Source: Candidatus Bathyarchaeota archaeon
Lineage (GTDB): Archaea > Thermoproteota > Bathyarchaeia > Hecatellales > Hecatellaceae
Reading direction: 5' to 3'
Assembly (NCBI GenBank): GCA_052246995.1
Contig: JBQPWD010000004.1
Span: forward strand, 64,001 to 128,000
DNA length: 64,000 nucleotides
Shown piece by piece: positions 10,005-19,543 of this stretch (the first letter of the stretch is position 1; each line of letters opens with the position of its first letter). The position numbers were made by a program, and so were the translations under genes. The notes under the pieces are model-generated. The model was not told the origin of the DNA. It saw only the letters and a list, made by a program, of their open reading frames with translations, and did no database searches.

Positions 10005-11199
10005 CCGCAAGTACCTCAAGTATTTTTTTAACTTCTTCCTCTTCGCCTTTTAAAAGGTGAGGTATCAAGTCTAAAGTTTTTTTTGCAAGTTTTACACTAA
10101 ACTCTTCTCGAAAACCATAGCCTTTATAAATTTTTAAGAAATGTTCATATGCAGCTGTTTTAAGTTCTCTACTCTCCTTTAACTCTACAGGAAGTCTATA
10201 CTGTCCCTTCTCAGTAAGTTGGTTAACTATGCTAACGTATAACGCCTTTTTTGCTAAGCTTCTAATTTTTGGAATGTCAAGCTGGCTTTTTTTAACTCCC
10301 TCAGGAAGAACTCCTTTTATCACAAGCACAACCACAGAACTTTCAACATCGGCTTCTATAACGGTTTTAGATAGTTCATCAAAAATTTTTTCAGTAGTTA
10401 AACCTGAAATATCTTTTTCCTTAACAATAAATTTCCTAGAGCTATCAATTTTTATTCTGTTAACAGTTGGAGGTTCCTTTAAGGAAGGAACTTCAACATA
10501 ATAAAAACCTTTAGGAGTTTCTGCTTCAATGTAGGTTGTTGTTTCCAAGGATCCCGGATAGGCAAGCAAACCATTCTTAAAATTTTTTAGAATGGGTTGG
10601 TGAATGTGGCCTCCAGCATAGTAATTAAAGCCAGTCTTAAGATATTCAGCTCTAAGATCTGGCTTAAAGTTTAGAGAGACAAATTCTGAAACGTCTAATG
10701 TACCATGAAAAACAAAAATGTTAAATAGACTTGAATTTGGTTTTGGGGGGTTTCTTGCTAAATACTCTGGAATTTTCTCGTCAGCTTCCCTTAAGCTTCT
10801 TGAACTTCTAATACCGTAAATATAGTAGCTTTCATTCACATAGCATCCACCATCAAGCCTTGGCAGATAGGTTAGGAGACCAGCATTATGTAGGGGGATT
10901 AGAATGGTTCCTGTCAGCACATTTGGTTCAAGGTCGTGTGAACCATCAACAGCAAAAACTTTTATTTCAGCTTCTTTAAGTCTTCTTAACTCTTTAATGG
11001 CTGTTGCTAAAGTTTGGTTTGATGGTCGAGGGTCATCAAAAATATCTCCAGCTAGAATCACAAATGATGGTTTAAATTGAAGAATCTTGTCTACAGCTTC
11101 GATAAAAACTCTTGTAAAATCTTCTTTGCGCTCAGGAAGGTTGTATTGCATATACCCAAGGTGGGTATCGGCGAGGTGAACAAAACTAAAAGGTTTCAT
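9985..11199 (-). CDS. mre11: Mre11 nuclease
   Basis: HLADTHLG, AGDIFD, GSHD, GGHIH, YPGS. Confidence 0.93.
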   Translation of the reverse strand: MKPFSFVHLADTHLGYMQYNLPERKEDFTRVFIEAVDKILQFKPSFVILAGDIFDDPRPSNQTLATAIKELRRLKEAEIKVFAVDGSHDLEPNVLTGTILIPLHNAGLLTYLPRLDGGCYVNESYYIYGIRSSRSLREADEKIPEYLARNPPKPNSSLFNIFVFHGTLDVSEFVSLNFKPDLRAEYLKTGFNYYAGGHIHQPILKNFKNGLLAYPGSLETTTYIEAETPKGFYYVEVPSLKEPPTVNRIKIDSSRKFIVKEKDISGLTTEKIFDELSKTVIEADVESSVVVLVIKGVLPEGVKKSQLDIPKIRSLAKKALYVSIVNQLTEKGQYRLPVELKESRELKTAAYEHFLKIYKGYGFREEFSVKLAKKTLDLIPHLLKGEEEEVKKILEVLADDYKKD

Positions 11200-11216
11200 T
11201 GCTAACCCCCAAAAAA

Positions 11217-12662
11217 CTAGTTAAAAAAGTTTCTTGTTTCACCCATAGTTTTAACATTCAATTCTTTAACTTTGACTATGAGTGGAACCTCCTTTGTAAC
11301 TTGACCAATAATTAGACAATAATGTGGTTCAAGAGAACATGCAATAGATTTCATTGTTTCGCTGTCAATTTTAGCTACCTTTGAAACCATGTTTAAGTCA
11401 TTTTCATTCTTGAAGTTAAAGAGAAAAACAGAGTCAACCTGCCTGTAAATATCTTCATGTATTGATGCTGGTTGATTTGTTATAAAAAATGTAAAAATTC
11501 CTAAATGTCTCATCCTTGTAACTATATCGTCCCAGTATGTTTCTCTAAGGTATAGGTGGGCTTCTTCAGCAAAAAGAAAGATAGCTTTAACAAGCCACAT
11601 CTTTAAAAGTTCAATAAGCTTTCCTAAAACAAATTCTACAACAATTTTTCTTTCAAGTGTCGATGTTTTGCTAAGATTTAAGATAATAATTCCACCATTA
11701 GAAATTTTGGTTAAAACGTCTTCTAATTTTGAAAGTTCATGAGAATTGTCGGTAAATAGGTGTGAATGTTCAAGAGTATAAAGTCGTGAGATTATAGCTT
11801 CTTTAACACGGTCATTGATAGTGCTAAACCTTAAAGTCTCCAAAATATTTCTAAATGTTAAATTTTTGGTTTTTTTAACCTCATCCCAAACTCTAAAAAG
11901 CTCTCTCAAAGAGAGTTCAGTTAAACCTAAAACGTGAAGTAAAATGTTTGATAAGACAGCCTTACCAGTATATTCTAATGTAACTTTAAAGTTTCTTCCA
12001 GGCTCTAAAACGAAAATTTTGTTATAATACCTGTTTTTTTCACCGTTATTATACAAACCCAGACCTGTATACTCACCATTAACATCAAAAACAACACATG
12101 GAGCACCATATTCAACTAAGCCCAGCATTAAAAGCTTACATAAATGTGACTTTCCTGTACCCTTTCTTCCAATGATAATTGATAGGCCGCCATCTAACGC
12201 GTCTGCATCAACCTTAAGTTCTGAACCATCTCTTGTAAAACCTATTTTTATCGGTCTTTTTAAGCCTATTCCAAGAAGCTTAAAAAGTTCGTTAAAATCA
12301 ACTCTATAAATTTTTGAGTAGATTCTTGAAGGAAGCCAAGAAGTGTCTAAGCTTATTACTTTGTTAATGATTGAACATCTAATCTTGCATATAAGAATTC
12401 TAACATCCTTTAAAAGTGTTATTTGTGACTCAAGGTTTAGCGGGTCAAAATCATCTCCAAACACGTTTATTTCAGTCATTTCTTCCCTAACAAGCTCTTC
12501 AACAAGTCCAGGAAAATTAATAAATTGAATATCTATAACCTGAGCTAGGAGGCTTTTTTTGTTTCTAGTATCCTCAACTAGAAGATAATCTCCTTTACTC
12601 ACTTCTTCTCGGGGGAAACATAAAATTTCAACAGTTTCACCTTCTTTTCTAAACAACTTCAT
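11217..12662 (-). CDS. herA: HerA helicase/translocase
   Basis: N-terminal HAS barrel, GRKGTGKS, FDVNGEY, EEAH; operon context. Confidence 0.88.
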   Translation of the reverse strand: MKLFRKEGETVEILCFPREEVSKGDYLLVEDTRNKKSLLAQVIDIQFINFPGLVEELVREEMTEINVFGDDFDPLNLESQITLLKDVRILICKIRCSIINKVISLDTSWLPSRIYSKIYRVDFNELFKLLGIGLKRPIKIGFTRDGSELKVDADALDGGLSIIIGRKGTGKSHLCKLLMLGLVEYGAPCVVFDVNGEYTGLGLYNNGEKNRYYNKIFVLEPGRNFKVTLEYTGKAVLSNILLHVLGLTELSLRELFRVWDEVKKTKNLTFRNILETLRFSTINDRVKEAIISRLYTLEHSHLFTDNSHELSKLEDVLTKISNGGIIILNLSKTSTLERKIVVEFVLGKLIELLKMWLVKAIFLFAEEAHLYLRETYWDDIVTRMRHLGIFTFFITNQPASIHEDIYRQVDSVFLFNFKNENDLNMVSKVAKIDSETMKSIACSLEPHYCLIIGQVTKEVPLIVKVKELNVKTMGETRNFFN

Positions 12663-12676
12663 AAGCTAAACCTTCA

Positions 12677-13687
12677 CTATTTTGCAAACGGTCCAAAAAG
12701 TATTTTCCTTGTACTTTGTAGCTTCTTAACTTTGATCCCAAGTTTTTTTGTTATTAAACGTTGAATACCTAAAATTTCTATCTTTGTGAATGTTGAAAGA
12801 ATGTGAGCTAATCTTAGGGTTTCAGGATATCCTTGAGTAAGAACATCATTACCAATAAGTTCTCCTACAGAGTTAACAATGTCTTCAAAACTAAGTTTTC
12901 CATCAACATCAACTCTAAATTCCATGTTTTCGTTTGAAAACTTTGCAATAAAGACTTTACCCAAGAGTGAGGAGGAAATAGTGCTAGGTAAAAGGTCATC
13001 TACACGAAGCATCCACGGAGGTTGAAACTCTTTTTTTAATCTTAAAAGAACAGATTTACTGTCAATATAGACCTTACTCTTTTTTGATATAGCTAAAACC
13101 TTATTACCTTCTTTTCTAGCCAACTCTAATATTTTATGGTTAGTTGATTGGTTTGAAAGACAACCATCAAAAATGATTATAGAGTTGCTTGTAGCCTGTG
13201 CTACATGCCATTGAAGAAATTTTTCAAAAATATTTTGAGATTGAGATTTGAAATCTAATGAATTGTTGACTGGTTCTGCGTTATTCCTTTCAAATACTTC
13301 ATCTAAGCCTGTAAAATGAAAAATGAAAGGGCCATATCTTACATACCTATAAGCGTAAACATCTTTCCACACAACAGCGCCTCTAAAAGCATAAACTACA
13401 CCATCCCTAGTTACGCCTATCCTTCTTTGAGAGGTATCTAAACTAATGATAAGAGTGGAAGAGTTACTTAGGGGTTTAAGTCTTATAAGCCTGTCATCTA
13501 CATTTATTGGCATGTTTTCAACAGTTAGCATCTTATCTTCAATAGAGTAATCCTGAAGTACGTCGGTAGGTGGCGTATCGTATACATCAAGAATTTCACC
13601 TTTAACCTTAGATAGAGATTTAAAACTTACGTTAAGAAGATTTTCCGGTAAATCTTCCATAAAATTTTTAAATTCAAGTTTAAACAT
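12677..13687 (-). CDS. nurA: NurA nuclease
   Basis: SLDTS, FDG, ISK, GYPETLRLAH motifs; adjacent to herA. Confidence 0.85.
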   Translation of the reverse strand: MFKLEFKNFMEDLPENLLNVSFKSLSKVKGEILDVYDTPPTDVLQDYSIEDKMLTVENMPINVDDRLIRLKPLSNSSTLIISLDTSQRRIGVTRDGVVYAFRGAVVWKDVYAYRYVRYGPFIFHFTGLDEVFERNNAEPVNNSLDFKSQSQNIFEKFLQWHVAQATSNSIIIFDGCLSNQSTNHKILELARKEGNKVLAISKKSKVYIDSKSVLLRLKKEFQPPWMLRVDDLLPSTISSSLLGKVFIAKFSNENMEFRVDVDGKLSFEDIVNSVGELIGNDVLTQGYPETLRLAHILSTFTKIEILGIQRLITKKLGIKVKKLQSTRKILFGPFAK

Positions 13688-14177
13688 TGAATGGTGCCTC
13701 CGTTAAACCTTCTTCAACACCACTTGAAGCCAAAGTGTAAACATAGCCATGCTCAGTTTTCCATCTTCGGACCTTCTGTTTTTTAGTTAATCTTGTAAGA
13801 GTAAAACCTATAACCTTGTTTGAGTAGTGTAAAGCATTAGCATCTAAAACCTCTTTAATCTCGGAAAGTGTTCTAGGCTTCTTTTTACCCCATGAAGTCG
13901 AAAGAAGCTGTACAACAGCTTCAGGGCAACTTTTAGCACTAATCGACGGGTATGGTTCAGATAAATTATGGGAGACTGGAAAACTTTCTTCCTGCTTGGT
14001 TAGAGGCGAAGGATATTCTTCTTTACCTTTAAAAATTTCAGCTTTAGAAATTGCTTCGAATATTTTTGGTAAGTCTTTTTCAATCATTTCAAGAATGTTC
14101 TGTCTTGAACCTTCAAGTTGAAGCTCGCTGTTACCTATCTTTAAACGTAAAATTATTTTTCCACTATCGTTATTCAA
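13680..14177 (-). CDS. Uncharacterised winged-helix protein C
   Basis: N-terminal LKIGNSELQLEGS hairpin-helix, C-terminal wHTH; overlaps nurA start. Confidence 0.7.
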   Translation of the reverse strand: MNNDSGKIILRLKIGNSELQLEGSRQNILEMIEKDLPKIFEAISKAEIFKGKEEYPSPLTKQEESFPVSHNLSEPYPSISAKSCPEAVVQLLSTSWGKKKPRTLSEIKEVLDANALHYSNKVIGFTLTRLTKKQKVRRWKTEHGYVYTLASSGVEEGLTEAPFNV

Positions 14178-14179
14178 GT

Positions 14180-14686
14180 TTAACCCTCCGACTTTATTTT
14201 AGGCAAAACTTCTTCCATAAGATGTTTAAGCCCAAGTGTTGTAACCTTATATTCGCCTCTACCAATTCTTTCAATAAGTCCGTCATCAGAAAGCTCGCTA
14301 AGTCTTCCAGCTAAAGCGCCAGTACCACTTCCAGTAATTCTTAAAAGTTCATCAACAGAAAGAGAGAGCTTATCTGAAACCTTTAACTCGTAACCAATAT
14401 AAGCCTTTAAAAGGTGTAAAAGTATACGCTCTCTTAGAGATAGTTGTTTTACAAGTTTCTCTTTCGGAATAAGAAGGAAAACTCCCTCGCTGGATATACC
14501 GATGATTCCCTCAATTTTTTTCAGTAATTCTTCAAAGTCAACTGAAATAACAAGGTTTTTAATTAAACTATAGCTTGGGTAGTGTTTGCTAAGAAACTCC
14601 ATCAAGGCGCGAGTAACATCCTCAACGGAACCTTCAAAACTAAGTTTTAGTTCACCACATTCCAAATAGACACGAATACTTTCCAA
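14180..14686 (-). CDS. Uncharacterised winged-helix protein B
   Basis: N-terminal LECGELKLSFEGS; C-terminal GRLSELSDDGLIERIGRGEYKVTTLG wHTH. Confidence 0.75.
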   Translation of the reverse strand: MESIRVYLECGELKLSFEGSVEDVTRALMEFLSKHYPSYSLIKNLVISVDFEELLKKIEGIIGISSEGVFLLIPKEKLVKQLSLRERILLHLLKAYIGYELKVSDKLSLSVDELLRITGSGTGALAGRLSELSDDGLIERIGRGEYKVTTLGLKHLMEEVLPKIKSEG

Positions 14687-14704
14687 ACTTTAACACACCC
14701 CAAC

Positions 14705-15160
14705 TTAAGATTTTAACTTTGAAATAAGGTCTTCAACCCAAGATTTACCTGTAAGAGAAAGTCTGTAAGCTCCTCCATCCTTTACAACCAAACCCTCATT
14801 CCTAAGCTCGCTAAGTCTTGCACCAAAACCCGCTGAAGGTCTACCTGAAAGAGCTAAAAGTCGTGCAACTTCTCTTGGTGTAAGAAGGTTAGGGTCATTA
14901 GCATAAAGAATTAATCCAATAGCTTCCTTATCATTTATCCTGTCTCTTGGAAGGGTTAAAAGTGTACCCTCATTAGTATATTCAATTAAACCTTTTAGAG
15001 ATTCTTTTTTATCGATAGGAGTTTCAGACCTAACAACTAAGCCATCTATAATATCTAACCATTCTGGAAGGGATTTTAGATTTTCAGCAAGCTCGGTAAG
15101 GCTTTCACCTTCAAAAACAATTTCACCATAAGGTCGTCTAAGTACTAACTTTACTTTCAA
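14705..15160 (-). CDS. Uncharacterised winged-helix protein A
   Basis: N-terminal RPYGEIVFEGES; C-terminal ARLSELRNEGLVVKDGGAYRLSLTG wHTH; TTG start. Confidence 0.75.
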   Translation of the reverse strand: MKVKLVLRRPYGEIVFEGESLTELAENLKSLPEWLDIIDGLVVRSETPIDKKESLKGLIEYTNEGTLLTLPRDRINDKEAIGLILYANDPNLLTPREVARLLALSGRPSAGFGARLSELRNEGLVVKDGGAYRLSLTGKSWVEDLISKLKS

Positions 15161-15189
15161 GTTTATCTGAAAAAGAATAAGTTTAAGAC

Positions 15190-15221
15190 ATATATAAACT
15201 TTTAACGTAAAGTTTATATAT
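15190..15221. promoter_or_regulatory. Perfect 13-bp inverted repeat made of two back-to-back BRE-TATA elements
   Basis: ATATATAAACTTT-taacgt-AAAGTTTATATAT; the minus-strand TATA is about 30 nt upstream of the TTG at 15160. Confidence 0.7.
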
Positions 15222-15223
15222 AA

Positions 15224-15272
15224 TACGTTTTTTTACGAAATTTTAATTGTAATTTTACGTTTTATTACGAAA
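15224..15272. repeat. 17-bp direct repeat pair, putative operator array
   Basis: TACGTTTTTTTACGAAA (15224-15240) and TACGTTTTATTACGAAA (15256-15272), 16/17 identical, 32-bp period. Confidence 0.65.
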
Positions 15273-17178
15273 AATTCTTCAATTTTTTACTGGCAACTTC
15301 AACAAGAACCTTAATGTCAACTCTGCCTCTAAACTCTGCCATAACGTTCTTTATAATAAGGTCCAAGGCTTTTTCAGAGCTACTTTTAATTTGTTGTAGA
15401 TTTTCAGAAATTTTACTTTCAACCACTTTTTCAACTTCCTCTATTGTTAAGCTTTTAAGTCCAAGTTTTTCTAAAGCCTCTGACACCGCGCCACCATTTT
15501 TAGCTAACCATTCAACAACAGCTGAAAAAGATTCCTTTGCAGTTTTACCTTCATTAATAGCCTTAAAAATTTCAAGAAAATCTTCATCAGAAAGATTCTC
15601 TACAGGGATACCCTTTCTTTCAAGATTTTTAACGGTTTCTGTTAACGATGAAGCTATAAAAGTTGGAGAAATAGAGACATTTTTAGCTATTTTTTTAAAC
15701 AACTCTAAGTAATCTGAGTTAACAATTTGTTCCGCCAGTTTTCTGTTAATGTTATGCTCACTCATAATATTTTTTACAACCTGCTCTGGTTCAGGGGGGA
15801 TATTTTTTCTAGCTTTCTCAATTAACTCTTCACTTACAACTACTGGTGGAATGTCAGTTTCAGGGTAGAGTCTGGCAGCACCAGGTCTAGGCCTCATATA
15901 CCTTGTTGTACCATCAGGTTTTGCCATTCTAGTTTCTTCAGGAACCCCGTCTAAAGCTTCAATAATTCTTTCAATAACAGCTTTAAGAGCTTTTTTAGCT
16001 TTCTCAAGTTTGTCGGCTACAAGTATAGCTCCATCAACCTCTGAAAGTTTAAGTTTAAGTTTAACGTGCTCTAACTCTTCAACATCTATACCGTAAGCTG
16101 GAAGTTCATCTGTATGAAATATTCCACCAACACCACCATAAAACATAGCTCTATCTGAAAGTTCTGTTCCAAATCTAACCTTTGGAATAAGTTCAATACC
16201 AAGTATACCGGCAATTTTAGGTATCTTAACTCCTAAAACCACGCCACCACCATCCAAGGCCTTTCTAATAACCTTGCTCTTAGTATTCCTAAAAATCTCT
16301 GTTAAATCATGAAAATCTTCTTTTAACAACTCCTCAGCAGTTAATCCACGACTCTTTAATTTTTCCTTAATTTCTAAAAGCTTAAGCTGTCTTTGAACCT
16401 CGTATTCAACAACTTTCGAAATAAGTTCAAGTTCTTGAACACCTTTAACCTCTACAAGACCTCCGCCAACAATAGATATGTTTAAATCCTGCCTGATAGA
16501 ACCTAATCCTCTTTTAACTTTTCCTGTTCTTCTTAAAACTTCACCTATGGCTAAAGCAACCTTTTCAGCTTCCTTGGGGGAGGAGATAACTGGGGCTGTT
16601 GAAACTTCAATTAAAGGAATACCTAGTCTATCAAGCCTATAGGTAACTTTGTTTTCATCTTCACTAACCTTTCTAGCGGCATCTTCTTCTAGACATACTG
16701 CTTGAACAGGTATTTTTTTACCATCAACATCTAAAAAACCTTCTAAAGCAACAATACAGGTTCTTTGAAAACCACAAGTATTGGAGCCGTCGATGACAAT
16801 TTTCCTCATAACATGTATTTCATTTACAGGTTTTGAGTTAAGCAAAATTGCAACTTGTAAGGCTATTTCAACAGCTTCAAGGTTTAAATCATGGGGGGGT
16901 TCCTCGTCAAACTCAACAAGACAAGAGGTTTCTCTGTCGGCTTCATAAACAACGAGTTTACACTTCTGAAATTCAAATAAAGCCGCAGGGTCAAATTCAC
17001 CAAGTTCAGATTGTGTTGGGCGTAAACGTCTAACAAAGGTAATTTCAGGTTTTCCTATTGAAAGCTTTGTTGGACAATTACAGAAAAGCTTACATTTTGT
17101 GTTTAGTTGTCTATGAATTTCAAGACCAACCTTTAACCCAATAGATTCATAATTTATAGTAGAGTTCACTGTCAGCAC
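15265..17178 (-). CDS. gatE: Glu-tRNA(Gln) amidotransferase subunit E
   Basis: GLKVGLEIHRQL, RKIVIDGSN.CGFQRT, RGLGSIRQDLN, RPRPGAARLYPETD. Confidence 0.97.
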   Translation of the reverse strand: MLTVNSTINYESIGLKVGLEIHRQLNTKCKLFCNCPTKLSIGKPEITFVRRLRPTQSELGEFDPAALFEFQKCKLVVYEADRETSCLVEFDEEPPHDLNLEAVEIALQVAILLNSKPVNEIHVMRKIVIDGSNTCGFQRTCIVALEGFLDVDGKKIPVQAVCLEEDAARKVSEDENKVTYRLDRLGIPLIEVSTAPVISSPKEAEKVALAIGEVLRRTGKVKRGLGSIRQDLNISIVGGGLVEVKGVQELELISKVVEYEVQRQLKLLEIKEKLKSRGLTAEELLKEDFHDLTEIFRNTKSKVIRKALDGGGVVLGVKIPKIAGILGIELIPKVRFGTELSDRAMFYGGVGGIFHTDELPAYGIDVEELEHVKLKLKLSEVDGAILVADKLEKAKKALKAVIERIIEALDGVPEETRMAKPDGTTRYMRPRPGAARLYPETDIPPVVVSEELIEKARKNIPPEPEQVVKNIMSEHNINRKLAEQIVNSDYLELFKKIAKNVSISPTFIASSLTETVKNLERKGIPVENLSDEDFLEIFKAINEGKTAKESFSAVVEWLAKNGGAVSEALEKLGLKSLTIEEVEKVVESKISENLQQIKSSSEKALDLIIKNVMAEFRGRVDIKVLVEVASKKLKNFS

Positions 17179-17306
17179 CTAGAAAAATCTAAGCTAAACA
17201 TTAAACAATTTTTCCCTAAACCTTAATAGGTTTGGGGAGGGTTTTTAAGTTTTTGATAGATCCTTGACACTATTACTGGTTCTAGTTTATGCAAGGTTCG
17301 TAGAGG

Positions 17307-17885
17307 TTGGATAGCTGGGAAAATAGGAAAAAAATGTTTATGAAAAGAATTCATAGAGATCTTTCCAGTGGATATTTTGATAAAGATATGTTAAGCCTTG
17401 TTGAGGAGATTAATAAGCATCCTGAGATGTATACTACAAGCTCATGTAGTGGAAGGATTGTGCTTCTTAAGGCATCAAAACCTTGGAATAAAAGTAACGT
17501 TACAATTATTTGTAAGTGGCATGAAAGGATAAGTTTAGAGGAAATAACTAAAAACATTAAACCATGTGGTAAAGATTTAAGCTTATGGCTTATTCTTCAA
17601 TCGCCAATAATACATGTCTCATGTAAAAATGTTGAAATTGCAATAAAACTTGTAAGAAAGGCTAGAAGCTCCGGCTTTAGATATTCAAGCATATTCTCAA
17701 AAGGGAAGATAGGAATTTTTGTTGAAATTATGGGTAGTGAAAGAATAGATTTACCGCTTGTAATTGAGGATAGGGTAATTATAAACATGGAAAATCTAAA
17801 TAAGCTAATAGACCACTTAAACACAATACTACAAAACATAAAAACAAAAATCCAAAGATTAGGTGAAGCAGTAAAGATGTTGTAA
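17307..17885 (+). CDS. taw3: tRNA wyosine methyltransferase Taw3
   Basis: YTTSSCSGRI, KWH, PIIHV motifs. Confidence 0.92.
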   Translation: MDSWENRKKMFMKRIHRDLSSGYFDKDMLSLVEEINKHPEMYTTSSCSGRIVLLKASKPWNKSNVTIICKWHERISLEEITKNIKPCGKDLSLWLILQSPIIHVSCKNVEIAIKLVRKARSSGFRYSSIFSKGKIGIFVEIMGSERIDLPLVIEDRVIINMENLNKLIDHLNTILQNIKTKIQRLGEAVKML

Positions 17886-17958
17886 AAACATGTTTAGGTG
17901 GTTAGTAGACTTTGCCAGAGTTAAACTTAAAAGCTTTAGAAAAATAATTTCTTATAAG

Positions 17959-18084
17959 CCCGCGGTAGCTCAGCTTGGAAGAGCTTCCGGCTGTAGGGTT
18001 CGCCTTTAAGGCGAGCCTCCTCAGCCTTCCAAGCGAACAACAGAAACCGGAGTGTCGCAGGTTCAAATCCTGCCCGCGGGACCA
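17959..18084 (+). tRNA. tRNA-Tyr(GTA) with 49-nt intron at 37/38 (17997-18045)
   Basis: CCCGCGG/CCGCGGG acceptor, TCCGG-CT-GTA-G..A-CCGGA, BHB core CTGT/ACAG, encoded CCA. Confidence 0.93.
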
Positions 18085-18261
18085 TTCCGTTATTTTTCTT
18101 ATGAAAATTAAGTCTTTTACTTTTGGTTAATCATACCTGAAATCAGTAACTGTCTATTTTAGAAACTGCAAACCTGGTTACAGGTTATGGCTAGAAGGGT
18201 TATAATAGAGTCTAATTTTTAAGCTTAAGTAATTTAAATTAGTTCTACCTATCTTAGATTT

Positions 18262-18603
18262 ATGGAGACATTACAGCAGAAAATTTCAAAGTTTTTTCAA
18301 AATGTTTTAGAGCAAAATTTTGGTTCATCCTTTAACTCGGTTTTAAATTTTTATTTTAAGAAAAAGTATGGATGTAGTCCGTATGAGGTGCTTTGGGAGA
18401 ATCCTTATGCTTTTTACACTACATTAAAGGAAGTTTTTGGTAGTGGTGGGGAGGTTGTTGTTCGTGTAATAGCAGAAAACCTTATAAGAAAATGCTCGGT
18501 AAATCTTCCACCTGACGAAGTTATCAAATTAATAAAAAAAGGTAGAAGTAAGCAATCAAAAATTAATCTTCAGGAGATTCTGAAAGAAGTTGCAGGTGTT
18601 TGA
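18262..18603 (+). CDS. Small helical protein, partner of KaiC-type ATPase (DUF3227-like)
   Basis: P..FY..L..VFG.GG pattern; 3 nt upstream of the ATPase gene. Confidence 0.6.
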   Translation: METLQQKISKFFQNVLEQNFGSSFNSVLNFYFKKKYGCSPYEVLWENPYAFYTTLKEVFGSGGEVVVRVIAENLIRKCSVNLPPDEVIKLIKKGRSKQSKINLQEILKEVAGV

Positions 18604-18606
18604 TTA

Positions 18607-19536
18607 ATGGTTAAGGATTCGGTTTTAACAGGAATTGAGACTTTAGACAAGTTAATTGGAGGAGGTTTTGAGCCTGGTAGCCTAATACTGGTAGCTGGAA
18701 GGCCAGGTACTGGGAAAACTAGTTTTGCAACTCAATTTGTTTGTAAAGGCGTTGAGGAGGGGGAGGTTGGAGTATATGTTTCTTTTGCTGAGGACAAAAG
18801 CACCTTAATTTGTAATATGGAGAAAACTCTGGGTTATGGTTGTGAGGAGTATGTTAAAAGTGGTAAACTTAAGATTCTTGATATGATTGTAACAAGAAAG
18901 GAAAGTGTGTCAGCAATTTTAGATTTAATTTTATCGGAGGCCAGTGAGGCTAAAAGACTTGTAATAGATTCATTTTCAGCTATGGTTCAGGCTTTTAAAG
19001 ACCCAGTAGAGTCTAGAATAATACTTCATGCAATTTTAAGTAGGATGGTACGCCAATTTAGATGTACAACTCTTCTTATATGTGAAGTACCAGTTGGAGA
19101 AGAACGTATTGGTTTTGGTATAGAGGAGTTTGTAGCCGACGGGGTCATCTTGCTCAGAATGAATGAATTAGAAGGTCATATTTTTAGAGATTTAGAAATT
19201 AAAAAACTTAGGGGACGTCAACTACTGGAAAATAAAATAGTTTTAACACTCAATGGAGGAAGAATTAAAGCTTTTCAACCATTTTCACCTAAGCCTATTG
19301 AAAAACAAGCAAAATTTAACCCCATTAAAGATCCTCCTGAAAAATTCTCCACAGGAAACCCAGACTTAGACCGTTTGCTAGAGGGAGGTTATCCCAGAGG
19401 TGGTACAGTAGTTTTTGAAGTTAGTGAAAAAATCACAACCTCCCAGTACAGCCTACTAATCTCCCCCACAGCTTGGAATTTTGTGGTGAATAATAGGTGG
19501 GTCTTGATTATCCCCTCTATAGGTGTAAATTATTAA
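18607..19536 (+). CDS. KaiC/RAD55-family ATPase, N-terminal part of a frameshifted two-domain gene
   Basis: TGIETLDKLIGGG, GRPGTGKT, VIDS, ADGVI, KLRG; a second domain begins at STGNPDLDRLLEGG. Confidence 0.85.
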   Translation: MVKDSVLTGIETLDKLIGGGFEPGSLILVAGRPGTGKTSFATQFVCKGVEEGEVGVYVSFAEDKSTLICNMEKTLGYGCEEYVKSGKLKILDMIVTRKESVSAILDLILSEASEAKRLVIDSFSAMVQAFKDPVESRIILHAILSRMVRQFRCTTLLICEVPVGEERIGFGIEEFVADGVILLRMNELEGHIFRDLEIKKLRGRQLLENKIVLTLNGGRIKAFQPFSPKPIEKQAKFNPIKDPPEKFSTGNPDLDRLLEGGYPRGGTVVFEVSEKITTSQYSLLISPTAWNFVVNNRWVLIIPSIGVNY

Positions 19537-19543
19537 TGTTGTT

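Noticed and set aside
7935-12662. SMC-like ATPase, nuclease and HerA as an anti-phage or Wadjet-type defence system
   Set aside because: The Zn hook, Mre11 motifs and NurA identify the housekeeping resection operon.
18171-18186. AACCTG-N4-CAGGTT palindrome upstream of the KaiC cassette
   Set aside because: Six-bp arms with no second copy at the same spacing; compatible with chance.
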